64,000 nt of DNA from a bacterium (GTDB taxonomy: Bacteria; UBA8248). The first letter of the stretch is position 1; every line of letters begins with the position of its first letter. The stretch lies in contig OZ244799.1 in NCBI GenBank assembly GCA_965219955.1, forward strand, positions 2,752,001 through 2,816,000, written 5' to 3'. Made by a program: the position numbers and the translations under genes. The notes below the pieces were generated by a model, which had not been told where the DNA came from, did not search any database, and saw nothing but the letters and a program-made list of their open reading frames with translations. Below are positions 47,232-58,094 of the stretch, piece after piece.

Positions 47232-49994
47232 GTGGACCCTTGGTATAGAGTTGTGACGCTTCGTAAGGAAGTGCGGGAAGGCCGTTCGTTCAGCCCCGAC
47301 GAGTTCGCCATCGCGCTTGAACAGGTGGTTGCGGAGACTGCTCCGATGGATTACCGCGATCCGACCCAGTTTTTTTCACGCACATGTTTCACCCGCGCGT
47401 TGAAGGAGCATGCCGGAATGGTGCTTCGGCGACTTGCCGGCAAGACCGAGAACACTGCACCTGTCCTTACATTGATCACTCAATTTGGCGGCGGCAAGAC
47501 GCATACCCTCACTGCTCTCTACCACTTAGCCAAGGCCGGTGCAGACGCTTCTAAGTTCCCCGGCGTCGCGGATCTCCTGCTCGAAGGTGGGATTGCAGAG
47601 GCTCCCTCCGCGTGTACCGGCGTATTTGTCGGTAATGCATGGGACCCAACGGAGGGCCGGGAGACGCCCTGGATCGATCTGGCTCGTCAACTGGCGGGCG
47701 ATGAGGGCGTCGCTGCGCTTGGCGCTGCAGCAAGGACCACACCACCGGGAACGGAATCCCTAGCCAAAGTGTTCGCGGCCGCACAAGCACCCATTCTGCT
47801 GCTGTTCGACGAGGTACTCAATTTCGTCAATCGCCACCGAGACATGGCCGAAAGCTTCCACGCTTTCCTTCAGAACCTGACTGTCGCCGTCACAGGCGCT
47901 ACCCGGGCTTCGGCGGTCATAAGCTTGCCGCACAGTCAGGTCGAAATGACCGATTGGGACCAGCAGTGGCAGGATCGTATTACCAAAGTGGTCCGCCGCG
48001 TTGCCCGTGACCTAATTGCCAATGATGAATCCGAGATCAGCGAAGTTGTTCGCCGGCGGCTGTTCGAGGATATCGGCAACGGGCGTATTCGTAAAAAAGT
48101 CGCCAAGACCTTCGCGGACTGGTGTTTCGAGCGTACCGCACGCCTTCCGGCAGAATGGCTTGCGGTCGACACCGCAACCACAGAGACCAAGGCAAGAGAA
48201 TTTCTGAGAGGCCGCTTCGAGGCGTGCTACCCCTTCCATCCTGCGACCCTTTCGGTCTTTCAGCGGAAATGGCGTGCGCTGGCCCAATTTCAGCAGACGC
48301 GTGGGGCACTGGCGATGCTAGCCCAATGGATTTCATGGGCCGCCCGCGAGCAGTTTCAAAAGGCACGCACGGAGCCGCTGATCACGCTGGGATCGGCTCC
48401 TTTGGATGTGCCCGAGTTACGCGCTGTAGTTCTTGGTCAATTGGGAGAGGCTCGGCTTGATGTGGCCATAGAAGCCGACCTTGCCGGATCGATGGCGCAT
48501 GCCAAATCCCTAGATATGGATGCCACGGGAGCGCTCCGCGACATCCACCGCCGCGTGGGCACGACCATCCTGTTTGAGTCCTCCGGCGGACAGGTGGACA
48601 AGGTGGCGCACTTACCCGAATTGCGCTTCGCTCTTGGAGAACCGGAAGTTGACACCACGACCATCGACAACGCCGCGGCAGCCCTGGAAGCAACGGGGTT
48701 TTTCATCCGCAAGGTCGGGACGGACGGGTATCGCATCCACCACCAGGCGACGTTGAAGAAGGTCGTTAGCGACCGGCGCGCTTCGCTGGACGAGGATGGG
48801 GAGATCAAGCCGGCGATCCGCAAGCTCGTCGAAGGCGAGTTCCAATCCGGCACTACGCTTCCGGTTGTTCTATTCCCGGAGGAGAGCGCCGCGGTACAAG
48901 ATTCTCCGCGTCTCGCACTGATCGTCCTCGACCCTGATTTAGAATGGATGGGTGGTGACCAGTTGGTTCAGCGCATTGGTAATTGGACGAAAGAGCGGGG
49001 CAACTCGCCACGGCTCTACCCTGGCTCGTTGGTATGGTGTGCGAGAAAACAGGGACAGGAGCTCCGTCAGAAAGTCGAATTGTGGCTTGCTTGGCAGCGC
49101 GTGGCGCGTGAAGTGACGGAAGGCGTCCTTGGTGCGGAGTTTGACCGCGCCGACCGTGCCGAAGTTCAGTCCAAGGTCAGGGATGCGGAAGAGGCATCAA
49201 AAGACGAAGTTTGGGCTAGCTATCGCTTTGTTGCGCTCTCGGATGCAAAGGAGCAACACGGGCTCAAGATCATCGACCTCGGCGCTGGACACTCCAGCGC
49301 GAATGAAACGCTCTGCGGGCGGATCATTGGTGCGTTGAAATCAGAGGCCTTGCTGAACGAGAACGTGGGTGCTGGTTACATTGACCGTCACTGGCCACCC
49401 GCGTTCAAGGACACCGGCGCTTGGCCGCTCACGAGTTTGCGGCAGAGCTTCCTCGACGGTTCGTTAACGCGGCTGATAGATCCCGACACTATCCTTCGTC
49501 GACAGATAACCGAGTTTGTGTCAAAGGGAGATTTCGGTTTAGCGTCTCGCGCCGAGAAAGATGCCACCTATGGTCGGCTTTGGTATGCCGAGGTGATCCA
49601 CCAGGAAGAGGTAGCGTTTGAATCGAACGTCTTCCTACTGACCAAGGCCAAGGCTGAAGAATTTAAAACGGCGCCTAAATCTCCACCTCCGCCAGAACCA
49701 GGAATCACGCCAGATCCTGAACCCGAACCAGAACCTAAACTGGTCCTTGGTCCAGAGCCGACTCCCGGTGCTTCGAAAACAACGCTTCGCCTTGCCGGTA
49801 TCGTGCCTCCCGAAGTCTGGAACCGTCTTGGAACCAAAGTATTGCCCAAGCTGCGGTCCGGGGACGACCTCAGCGTAGGCATCGAGTTCTCGGTGAGCGT
49901 CGGCTCACAGTTTGCGCAGAACATGGAGATGGAACTGCAGCAGATTCTGGATGATCTCGAACTGGGCGACCGGGTTCGTATCGAGCGGTCGTAG
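47232..49994 (+). CDS. DUF499 AAA+ ATPase
   Basis: FAIAL, Walker A TQFGGGKTH, Walker B LLFDE, YPFHP, FQQTRG. Confidence 0.88.
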   Translation: MDPWYRVVTLRKEVREGRSFSPDEFAIALEQVVAETAPMDYRDPTQFFSRTCFTRALKEHAGMVLRRLAGKTENTAPVLTLITQFGGGKTHTLTALYHLAKAGADASKFPGVADLLLEGGIAEAPSACTGVFVGNAWDPTEGRETPWIDLARQLAGDEGVAALGAAARTTPPGTESLAKVFAAAQAPILLLFDEVLNFVNRHRDMAESFHAFLQNLTVAVTGATRASAVISLPHSQVEMTDWDQQWQDRITKVVRRVARDLIANDESEISEVVRRRLFEDIGNGRIRKKVAKTFADWCFERTARLPAEWLAVDTATTETKAREFLRGRFEACYPFHPATLSVFQRKWRALAQFQQTRGALAMLAQWISWAAREQFQKARTEPLITLGSAPLDVPELRAVVLGQLGEARLDVAIEADLAGSMAHAKSLDMDATGALRDIHRRVGTTILFESSGGQVDKVAHLPELRFALGEPEVDTTTIDNAAAALEATGFFIRKVGTDGYRIHHQATLKKVVSDRRASLDEDGEIKPAIRKLVEGEFQSGTTLPVVLFPEESAAVQDSPRLALIVLDPDLEWMGGDQLVQRIGNWTKERGNSPRLYPGSLVWCARKQGQELRQKVELWLAWQRVAREVTEGVLGAEFDRADRAEVQSKVRDAEEASKDEVWASYRFVALSDAKEQHGLKIIDLGAGHSSANETLCGRIIGALKSEALLNENVGAGYIDRHWPPAFKDTGAWPLTSLRQSFLDGSLTRLIDPDTILRRQITEFVSKGDFGLASRAEKDATYGRLWYAEVIHQEEVAFESNVFLLTKAKAEEFKTAPKSPPPPEPGITPDPEPEPEPKLVLGPEPTPGASKTTLRLAGIVPPEVWNRLGTKVLPKLRSGDDLSVGIEFSVSVGSQFAQNMEMELQQILDDLELGDRVRIERS

Positions 49995-50623
49995 TATGAC
50001 GTCAGCGCGATAATCAGCTCGACCATTGGACAGTGATTTTCTGAATGATCGTGAAGCAAACACCAATGGCTAAGCAGATGAGCACTATGGAGAGTTCTCC
50101 TTAGTGCTCCCCTGTACTCTGAGGCGGCTCCGAAGAATCGGACATGTAGTTATGTTGTATTCCCTCGACAGAGGAGGGATACGAGATGAGCGCTAGAGGC
50201 AGAATTTCAAGAGAGTTAATGGTGATGATTGCTCTGAAAGTGTTAGTCGGTTTGCAATGTTGACATCAATCGGCACCGAATATTACCTTAAAAAACTGTA
50301 TATGCTGGAACTCCCTTCGTTCATAATAGACGATGCCCTGCAGGTGTTGAGAAATAACTATTAGTACTAGATACCAGCGATTTCCGCTTGCCTTTAATAG
50401 ACGCCTAGGCCTACGTCGTGATATTGCGATCGAGATGGTGCATCAGAGCAGTAGCAATGCCGATAGGAGTCAAAGTAGGAAACCGAATCACAATATTATT
50501 ATCGTGACAAACGCTAATTGGCCGAAAACGTTGCCATAAGGTGGTCTGGCTGCTACTTTATGTGCCTGCAAAGGAGGAAATCACCGCCCTAACCCGTGGC
50601 GCATTGTGGAGTGGAATCATAGA

Positions 50624-51205
50624 ATGCATTTCAAGAATTTCCTGACCGATAAGATCATTTTGGTGAAAAAGGACGGTAAAATCTACGAAAACGTTGATGC
50701 GGGGGTTCAGTCGAAAATGATCTTGATTGTCGACACATCGCTGCCCATTGAGAGCGGCGACAAGATAAAGAGGCGTTTACCGAGCGGCGTCGAGGAGATT
50801 TTCGTCATTACCGATCCAGGGTTCCAGCAGGCGTTCCGCTCAATCCCAGCACATTACCAAATTCAGTACGACCGTGAGGGAAATACTAAACCGACCGTGG
50901 ATCGCGGCAACGTCACTTACAATTTCTCTGGCTCACACTCCCGCGTGAATGTTAATTCCTTAGACCAGTCTATCAATATAGGCGATAACCATGTCGCGAC
51001 GACTCTTGACCAATTACGGGCTATCTTGAATGACCAGATAGCGGACGCCGAAGAACGCTCGCGCTTATTGGCAAAAGTAGATGAGCTTCAGCAGGCACAC
51101 GGCACGGAAAGATTTACAGAAATATATAAAGAGTTCATGGTGATGGCGGCAAACCATATGACTGTAATCGCCCCTCTTGTTCCAGCTTTGACGGCATTGA
51201 TGTGA
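50624..51205 (+). CDS. Hypothetical protein
   Basis: Clean ORF with a beta-rich N-terminal and helical C-terminal part; no family recognised. Confidence 0.6.
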   Translation: MHFKNFLTDKIILVKKDGKIYENVDAGVQSKMILIVDTSLPIESGDKIKRRLPSGVEEIFVITDPGFQQAFRSIPAHYQIQYDREGNTKPTVDRGNVTYNFSGSHSRVNVNSLDQSINIGDNHVATTLDQLRAILNDQIADAEERSRLLAKVDELQQAHGTERFTEIYKEFMVMAANHMTVIAPLVPALTALM

Positions 51206-51884
51206 TACCCGAATTACCTGCTTGAAACACTGCCCGTTTAGCCTGTTGTGGGTACTTTCAGGAGGCTATGCATCCTGTCCTCTATCTTAGCTCATCTGCA
51301 ATTCCGGGCCGACAAGTCTTTCGCCCAAGCAGCCGATTATATCTTCTAAATACAGCCCACCAGGTACCATTAATCCATCGGGTAAAAAGTCATGGAAGAT
51401 AAGTCCTCTCGTCTTGGCGTCGGCCTATTCCTCGTCTGTAGGAACGCCCTGTGTTGGCGATCACGCTAGGACGGTACTCCATCAACGGTTCGATGCTTTC
51501 ACCGGCGAGCGGACCTCGTCGCTGGAAGCCGTCGGGCCAGGGGCATTCATTGCGTCGCAATATACCACCGGGCTTGCAAACGTCGACAACATCGAGCCTC
51601 GTTCTCGAAGAATTTACAAGAGTGGGTTCCAGACTTTCGGTCTAACCAAGAAGCCCTCGACTACCTCATGCCCCATCTTCGAAAGCTAATGGCAATTCAG
51701 ATTACAGACCAAATCGGTTGCATTGAGTTTCAAGAAATCTTTAATTCGCTTCACAAGAAACCACACTCTGATTAGAGAGACTGTGGATTAGTACAGTAAT
51801 AATTAAGCAAAGTTGACAAGATCGATCCTTTGACCTAACTTTAGCAAAACCTGAATGTGCATGTTTTAAGTATCCGCCCGGAAA

Positions 51885-52235
51885 GTGACTTTGGCAATGG
51901 AAAAGAAACATCTTGAAATTAGGGGCACACTGGTTGGAAGATCAAGTTTGTTTCGAGAGCAACGCTCACATTTTGAAAATCTCGCTAAATTACAGAGAGA
52001 AAGACAAGAAGAATTAGCCGATCTATTCACTGATCCACGGGTTTTTCGGAGCAAAATCAAAAAACTGGAAAGTAAACTTCTATCGTCCGAAAAAGAAAAG
52101 AAAGTCCTCATTTCTAAGAATAAAAATCTTGAAGAACTTCTCTTGAAAGCTCACGAGGAAAAGAAAAACATTATAGCAAAACACAAAGACGAAATAGATA
52201 GACTGATGATTGCTTTGTCATTTCTCGATGAATAA
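51885..52235 (+). CDS. AT-rich coiled-coil hypothetical protein
   Basis: K/E/L-rich 116-aa ORF in an AT-rich tract. Confidence 0.4.
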   Translation: MTLAMEKKHLEIRGTLVGRSSLFREQRSHFENLAKLQRERQEELADLFTDPRVFRSKIKKLESKLLSSEKEKKVLISKNKNLEELLLKAHEEKKNIIAKHKDEIDRLMIALSFLDE

Positions 52236-52596
52236 TTCTAATGCTTAATTAATCCCATATTTCTTTGCACTTTTTCTGAAGAATCTTCTACCTTACATCA
52301 AATTTTTGTCTATTGTTTCATTTATATCTTCTTTGTCTTTCTTTGAATTTTCCAATTCATCTCCAACCAGTTTAATCATTTTTCTATATTTTTGCTTCAT
52401 ATCTGCCCATTTCTTTCTTTGAAGAAGTGTGTCAAGAAGCCAGTCTCTCGTGAATGATTCTCGTAAGTTGGAAATTTCTTATTTGAGATGGCTGATCGGT
52501 GTATTATCGGTCATCGTTGTAGTCGCAGTAGGAATTATATTAAAGGTCTTAAGCTAGGAAATTCCGTTCAGTCTGACAAGGTCATGAGACGGTTTT

Positions 52597-55503
52597 CTAC
52601 ATGTTCATCTCGATCCCGCGCGCTGTCCGGACCTTCTCCATTCCCGGCGCCCGGGCGGGCTCCTGCATTCGCCCTTTATCCGATCCCGGCGGTTCCTTCG
52701 CACGCCCTGCATCCCTTCCGGCCTCCGGTTCCGCCTCCCCCGACTTCACCTTGTCTCCTTCGAGTGCGTCCCGTGCGGTCTCACCGATCCCCTCAAGCGC
52801 CGATACCCGTTCGCCCGTGGCCGTTTCGAGCCGCTCGCGCAGGGCCTTTGCGTCGTCGGTCACGAGTTCCGCCCGGTCGCGGGCGCGGCTGATCTCGACG
52901 TAGAAGCTCTTCTGCGTGGTGAGGTGGGGGTGGTTCGCCTGCATCGCGGCGATCACGTTGTCGACGGTCCGGCCCTGGAAGGCGTGCACGGTCGATGCCC
53001 AAGCATGATCGAGGTGGCGCAGCTGGGGGTCGTCTTGCCTGAGTTCAAGCCTGCGCCCGTCTTCGAGGCGGAAGCTCACGCGCTCGCCTCTCACGTCCGT
53101 GACCTCAGCAGTCCGGCTGTTGACCAGCCCGAGTTTCCTGTCGTTGCGGGTCCAGCGGATACGGTCGCCGGCGCGAAGCTCGATCTCTTCGGCCCGGTAA
53201 ACCTCGGCGCCGCCCGTCCGCCCGGCGATCCGCCCGGGCTTCCATGAGACGCGCCCGCCGTCCTTGCCTTCGAGCACCACCGCCTGGTTCTCGTGATCCA
53301 CGCCCGATACGCGGAGTTCGTCGCCCTTCTCCACACCCAGGCGCTTGTAGGGGCGGTGGAAGGCCACGACGTCACCCGGAGCGTAGTTCGCGGCGAGTGA
53401 TTTCTCTGCGTTCGTATAACCGCGCGAGACGAGCCGCTCCCCCCTGAAGGCGGGGCCGTGGATACTGCCCTCCCGCGCGAGACGCTCCCGTATATGGGCG
53501 TTGATCTTTTGGCGAAGTTCATGACTGGGCGCCATGACGCCGGTGTTCTCGCGCGCCTCGGGCGAAAGAGCGAGCCAGCGCGCCGCCACCGCGCCCGCGA
53601 TGTTGTCGGCCTTCACCTGCGCGACGTTGGAGCCTAGCTTCTCGAAGGCGTTTTTGATGTCGCCCGCGAGGCTCGCCTCGACCGCGGCCTTGAGGTCCGG
53701 GTCGCGCTGGCGCAGGATATCGTCCATCACGGCGGTCTTCATGCCGGCTTGCTGGAGTTGCGCGAAGGGTTTGCCGGCGTCCACGGCGCCGAGTTGTTTC
53801 TCATCGCCCACCAGCACGACCCTGGGGATGCGCAGGGCGCGGGCGACCCGCAGGAGGTCGCGGGCCTCGCGGGTGGAGGCGAGGGACCCCTCGTCCACCA
53901 CGAGCACCGTCTTGCCCCAGGCCGCGCGCATCTGCTTCTCGGCCTTTCTGGTGAGCCTTCCCCCGGCCACGCCGGCGTTTCGCGCGAGGAAACGCTGCAG
54001 CGTCTCGCTCTCGATCCCGGCTTCGGTCCCGAGCGTCTTGACCGCCGAGGCCGAAGGAGCGAGGCCCTTGACCTCGAACCCGCGTTTTTCCAATAACACG
54101 CGGGCGCGGTTCAGCATGGTGGTCTTGCCGGTCCCGGCATAGCCCTGCACGCCGACGACGCGGTCCTTGGCCGAGAGGATGAGCTTGACCGCTTCCCTCT
54201 GGCCCTGCGTCAGCGCTCCCTTGTGCAGATGCGCCTGCACGATCCAGCTGCGCATCGCCACCCGGCCCCGGCCCTGGCCGTCGCGCATCAGCCCGATCGT
54301 CTCGCGCTCGTCCGCCAGCGCCCTGTCGGTCGTCAGGTCGTCCCTCCCGTGCAGCCCCGGCGCGGGGTGAAGCTGTCCCCCTTTTTCGAGGTCGCCAAGC
54401 GCCCTCTCCGCCGCCTCGACGGACACCGCGCCCGGCCGCCAGGCCAGCGCGGCGGCAAGCGCGTCGGCGCGGGCGAACACGGCCTCGCGCTCCGCGAGAT
54501 GCGACACGGCCCATTCCACAGCCTCTCCGGCCGAACCGGTTTCCCGTGCGGCTTCTTTGCCTTCCAAGCTGGCGACCCTTGAAGTCGCTTCGGCCGCATG
54601 GGCCCTGGCGTCGAATCCGAGGTCAGCGGCCTGTTTCTCCCATATGCCTCTGAGCGCGGACTTGTCCACGTCACGCTTGCGGGCGCGGGTCATGAGCGCA
54701 GCGCGCTCGGCTGTACGCTGGTTCTCCGCCGTCGTTCCCAGGCCCCGCTCGGCCATGGCGGCCTCGATCTCCGCCCGCCGGGTCGAGAACGCCTCGATCA
54801 CCTCGCGGCGGACGCCAGCGACCTCGAACCGCCCGTCCGCGTGCGTCTTCACAATCGCGTAGCCCAGCTTCCACAGTCCTTGCGCCAGCTCGCTCCTGTA
54901 GAGCATGCCGATCAGCTTCTGGCTGCGATAGAGCGCCTCGTTGGACATCGTCCTCCATTTCCCGTCCGGACCCCGGACCATGTTGGCCAGCACCGCGTGG
55001 GTGTGAAGCTGGGGGTCGAGGTTGCGCGAGGCGTCGTGGCGGAAGGTCGCGGCCACCGTCTTCTGGTCCCCGGCCCGGACCATGCGTCCCGTCTCCGGGT
55101 CCTTCATCCTGGTCTCCGCGGCGTGGCCCTCGACCCAGGCGAGGGTGCGTTCGACCGCCCGGTCATGGGCCTCGACGACGCGGGCGTCGCCGCCCACCAG
55201 CGAGGCGAGCGAGACGGACTTGGGGGCAGAGAAGGTGAGGTCTCGTCCGGGCCTGTGCTCCAGGACGCCGTCCTTGCGCCTGCGGCCGAGCTTTCTCCCC
55301 GACCCGTCGGGCACATGGCCCTCGAGCACCGCCTTGAAGACTTCCGGGTCGACCGGGCCCGTGAGGCCGAGGTCCTCCGCTCCCCTGCCGGCCCATGCGC
55401 TCACCTCCCTGTGGGCGGGGTCGTCTTTGGCGTAATAGCCGTCGCGCTCGTAGTAGGAGGCGCCCTGGGCGGGGGCGGCGACGGCGCCGATCGAGACGAC
55501 CAT
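52597..55503 (-). CDS. traI: MOBF conjugative relaxase-helicase (TraI/TrwC family)
   Basis: Same motifs as 9143-11947 and near-identical to it except for a longer C-terminal tail. Confidence 0.95.
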   Translation of the reverse strand: MVVSIGAVAAPAQGASYYERDGYYAKDDPAHREVSAWAGRGAEDLGLTGPVDPEVFKAVLEGHVPDGSGRKLGRRRKDGVLEHRPGRDLTFSAPKSVSLASLVGGDARVVEAHDRAVERTLAWVEGHAAETRMKDPETGRMVRAGDQKTVAATFRHDASRNLDPQLHTHAVLANMVRGPDGKWRTMSNEALYRSQKLIGMLYRSELAQGLWKLGYAIVKTHADGRFEVAGVRREVIEAFSTRRAEIEAAMAERGLGTTAENQRTAERAALMTRARKRDVDKSALRGIWEKQAADLGFDARAHAAEATSRVASLEGKEAARETGSAGEAVEWAVSHLAEREAVFARADALAAALAWRPGAVSVEAAERALGDLEKGGQLHPAPGLHGRDDLTTDRALADERETIGLMRDGQGRGRVAMRSWIVQAHLHKGALTQGQREAVKLILSAKDRVVGVQGYAGTGKTTMLNRARVLLEKRGFEVKGLAPSASAVKTLGTEAGIESETLQRFLARNAGVAGGRLTRKAEKQMRAAWGKTVLVVDEGSLASTREARDLLRVARALRIPRVVLVGDEKQLGAVDAGKPFAQLQQAGMKTAVMDDILRQRDPDLKAAVEASLAGDIKNAFEKLGSNVAQVKADNIAGAVAARWLALSPEARENTGVMAPSHELRQKINAHIRERLAREGSIHGPAFRGERLVSRGYTNAEKSLAANYAPGDVVAFHRPYKRLGVEKGDELRVSGVDHENQAVVLEGKDGGRVSWKPGRIAGRTGGAEVYRAEEIELRAGDRIRWTRNDRKLGLVNSRTAEVTDVRGERVSFRLEDGRRLELRQDDPQLRHLDHAWASTVHAFQGRTVDNVIAAMQANHPHLTTQKSFYVEISRARDRAELVTDDAKALRERLETATGERVSALEGIGETARDALEGDKVKSGEAEPEAGRDAGRAKEPPGSDKGRMQEPARAPGMEKVRTARGIEMNM

Positions 55504-57587
55504 CACAACCAGTCCGGCGTGCGGGACCCGGCCTCTTCGCCGTCTTCGCCCCGGTTTTGCTCATCGTCATCGGCCGCACCGGCGTCGTCCCCATCCGCGG
55601 GGTGGACCACGGGTTGCGGCGCCCCAGACTTTTCGGAGGTTTGATCGGGTCCTGCCAGGCCTGAGTCCGGCGGCGGAGCAGGTCGTTCACACTCCACTTC
55701 CGCCCCACCGTTTGCGGCCGTATCGCCGGGCGATTCGGGTTCCCGCCGATTCGCCGCCTCACCGGACTCAGGCACCCTCCCGGACTCAGGCATGTTCCCG
55801 GTATGAAAGGGTTCGGTCCCGGCGCTTTTCGCTCCCAAGACCGGCGCATTCTCCCTCGGCATGAAACTCTCGGCCGATTTCGGCCTTTTCACGTAGTCGA
55901 GCTCGATGCGGGCCACCGGCCAGGGACCGGGGAACTTGAGGTAGCCGTGCAGATTCTCGAGACGCATGATCTCCGAAGGCAGCGCGAGGGGCCGCATCTC
56001 GCGGCGCTGGGTGAGCGATACGCCGTCCCTCATCGCGCTCGCGCCGTAGCTGAGCCCCTCCGCGTACTCGGTGACCTCGCCGCGCCCCAGGCTCTCGGCC
56101 GACCAGCGCGCCGTCTCCTGGTCGGGCGCGGCCAGCACCACACGGGTGCCGCACAGGCCCGATACGGTCTCGGCGCCGTTTCGCCCATAGAGATCGCGCA
56201 AGGCGGAGATCACCTGGATCCCGAGCACGAAACACCCCCCGAACTGGCGCGATTCGGCGAGACCGGGTTGCAGGCTCGGCACCTGGTGGAGGGTGGGAAG
56301 CTCATCGAGCACAATCCATATCCTGCGCGCGTCGTCCCGGCCGAGTGAGAGGAGCGCGTTCACGGCGATCTCGAGCCAGGTCGAGATGAGGCCCCGGAGG
56401 CTCGCGTGCTGGTCACCGCGGGAGGTCAGGAACAGGAAACCGGTTTCGTCCTCTCGCTCCACCCACTCCCGGATCGAGAACGGCTTGCCTGAGTCGAGCA
56501 GGCATTCGAGCGCGCCCAGGTGCGCCGTCAGCATCGCCCGCACCGAGAGCGCGGTCTTGGGGTTCTCGGGGTCCACGATGGACTGCGCCACCGTGCCCTC
56601 CATGGCCTCGGCCAGGGAGGTGAGTTCGGTCTTGAGCAGGTGCTCGACGAGTATGCGGTTCTCCGTCACGCCGCGCTTCCACAGGACGCCCGCGCCGTTC
56701 GCGAACAGCTGCCGCGCGGCCGTGACCCAGAAGGGGTCCACCGTGTCCTTCTGCTGGGGTATCAGGGCGGCGGCCATCGTGTCGAAATCCCTGGGCGTCC
56801 TGGCTTCCAGGAAGGGCGACCACCGCGGCGCGCGGGCGTCGAGGGGATTCATCAGCACGTCGCGGGCGGGGTCGAAGAACGCCCGCGTGTAGCTCCCCAT
56901 CTTGTCGTAGAGGATGCAGCGCTCGCCCCGCTCCCTGATCTGGGCGACCAGGTCCGAGATCAGGACGGTCTTTCCCGAACCCGTGGTGCCCGAGACGATG
57001 GTGTGCTGGGTCTCGGCGCGCTCGGGCCAGGGGACGCCCGCGATGCGGGGTCTGGACTTGCGCGCCTTCGGAAAGAATTTTTCAGCCAGGCGGGAGGAGA
57101 GGGGCCGGACACGTCTCCCGAGCGACTGGGCCGATGTCATCTCCGCGCCCCGCACCCTGTGCGCGCGGGCCATGCGCCGGCCGAGAATCCAGAAGAAGAA
57201 CGCGAACAGGGCCACGCCGCACAGGCCGAGCCAGAGGCCCAGCCAGGCTTTCGAATGAATGGTGGCGAGCATGCGCCTCCTGATGCGCTCGATCCTGGGA
57301 TCGCTTGCGATGAGAGATATCCGCTCGATCGTCCGCTCGCCCGCGCCCCACTCGTAGACCTGGCCCGAATCGGGGGAATATCCGATGCCGAGCTTGGCCT
57401 CGGCCAGCGTGCCCAGGCCAATGACGCGCCACTCGTGCGCGCTCGTCGTGGTGAAGACCGTGATCGCGGGCGTCAGGACGACAGTCAGGACGAGTCCAAA
57501 AATTCCCCAGCGCGCGAGCTGGCCCCACATCCTGGCGTCGTGAAGCAGGGTCTGGCCGCCGCGCAGGGTGGCGTTTCCGATGGTCAT
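55503..57587 (-). CDS. traD: Type IV coupling protein, TraD/TrwB family
   Basis: SGTTGSGKT, LDELP; near-identical to 7026-9143. Alternative start at 57605. Confidence 0.92.
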   Translation of the reverse strand: MTIGNATLRGGQTLLHDARMWGQLARWGIFGLVLTVVLTPAITVFTTTSAHEWRVIGLGTLAEAKLGIGYSPDSGQVYEWGAGERTIERISLIASDPRIERIRRRMLATIHSKAWLGLWLGLCGVALFAFFFWILGRRMARAHRVRGAEMTSAQSLGRRVRPLSSRLAEKFFPKARKSRPRIAGVPWPERAETQHTIVSGTTGSGKTVLISDLVAQIRERGERCILYDKMGSYTRAFFDPARDVLMNPLDARAPRWSPFLEARTPRDFDTMAAALIPQQKDTVDPFWVTAARQLFANGAGVLWKRGVTENRILVEHLLKTELTSLAEAMEGTVAQSIVDPENPKTALSVRAMLTAHLGALECLLDSGKPFSIREWVEREDETGFLFLTSRGDQHASLRGLISTWLEIAVNALLSLGRDDARRIWIVLDELPTLHQVPSLQPGLAESRQFGGCFVLGIQVISALRDLYGRNGAETVSGLCGTRVVLAAPDQETARWSAESLGRGEVTEYAEGLSYGASAMRDGVSLTQRREMRPLALPSEIMRLENLHGYLKFPGPWPVARIELDYVKRPKSAESFMPRENAPVLGAKSAGTEPFHTGNMPESGRVPESGEAANRREPESPGDTAANGGAEVECERPAPPPDSGLAGPDQTSEKSGAPQPVVHPADGDDAGAADDDEQNRGEDGEEAGSRTPDWL

Positions 57588-58094
57588 CCGCTTCTCCTTT
57601 TTCATACTGTCTGCATGGTGGCGCCGCGGGCGTCCTAGCCTCCCCGGAAGTTCTCCGTCCCAGAGAGGACGTCTGCGCACGAAGCGTGCTAGAGCACGGC
57701 TGTCATGTTGATGCGCGAGATTTTCCTGGGGGAGTCACTTGCCGGCCTCTCCCGGGTGGGGTGGAGACATGTTCGGCCAACCGATCCCTGGCGACTATGC
57801 CGGACGGCTTGCGAGCCGGGTCTGGATGCTGCGTCTCGATTGACAGGCCGGGGTGGTTCCGGCGTGGACTTCGATCGTATTCATGTATACGAATATAATA
57901 CGAAAATATTTCGCCGGCAACAGGTTTTAATAGGTCATATCCAACAATTTTGCTCCAAATACGCTCACACTTGCGATTTGGTGCTCAGGGACGTGACAAA
58001 AAAGTGAGAAAACGCGATGGAAGAAGACTATAGAGAATCGCTCCGGCGCGAACCGCCGGTCGCCGTCTGACGTGACGAATGTGCGAAACGTCCG

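Larger units (their letters stand above)
343..58027. mobile_element. Outer IME, recognisable backbone only; true ends and integrase lie outside the window
   Basis: Same gene set and order as the inner element but inverted: ~100 aa ORF, Zn-finger protein, membrane protein, peptide, split ssb, DUF4326, DUF2493, nic, RHH, cargo, traI, traD, conserved traD promoter region. Confidence 0.8.

Noticed and set aside
49675-49770. Pro-Glu repeat in the DUF499 gene
   Set aside because: Ordinary low-complexity linker.
51210-52590. AT-rich tract with short ORFs
   Set aside because: Looks like decayed cargo; no recognisable domain apart from one weak coiled-coil ORF.
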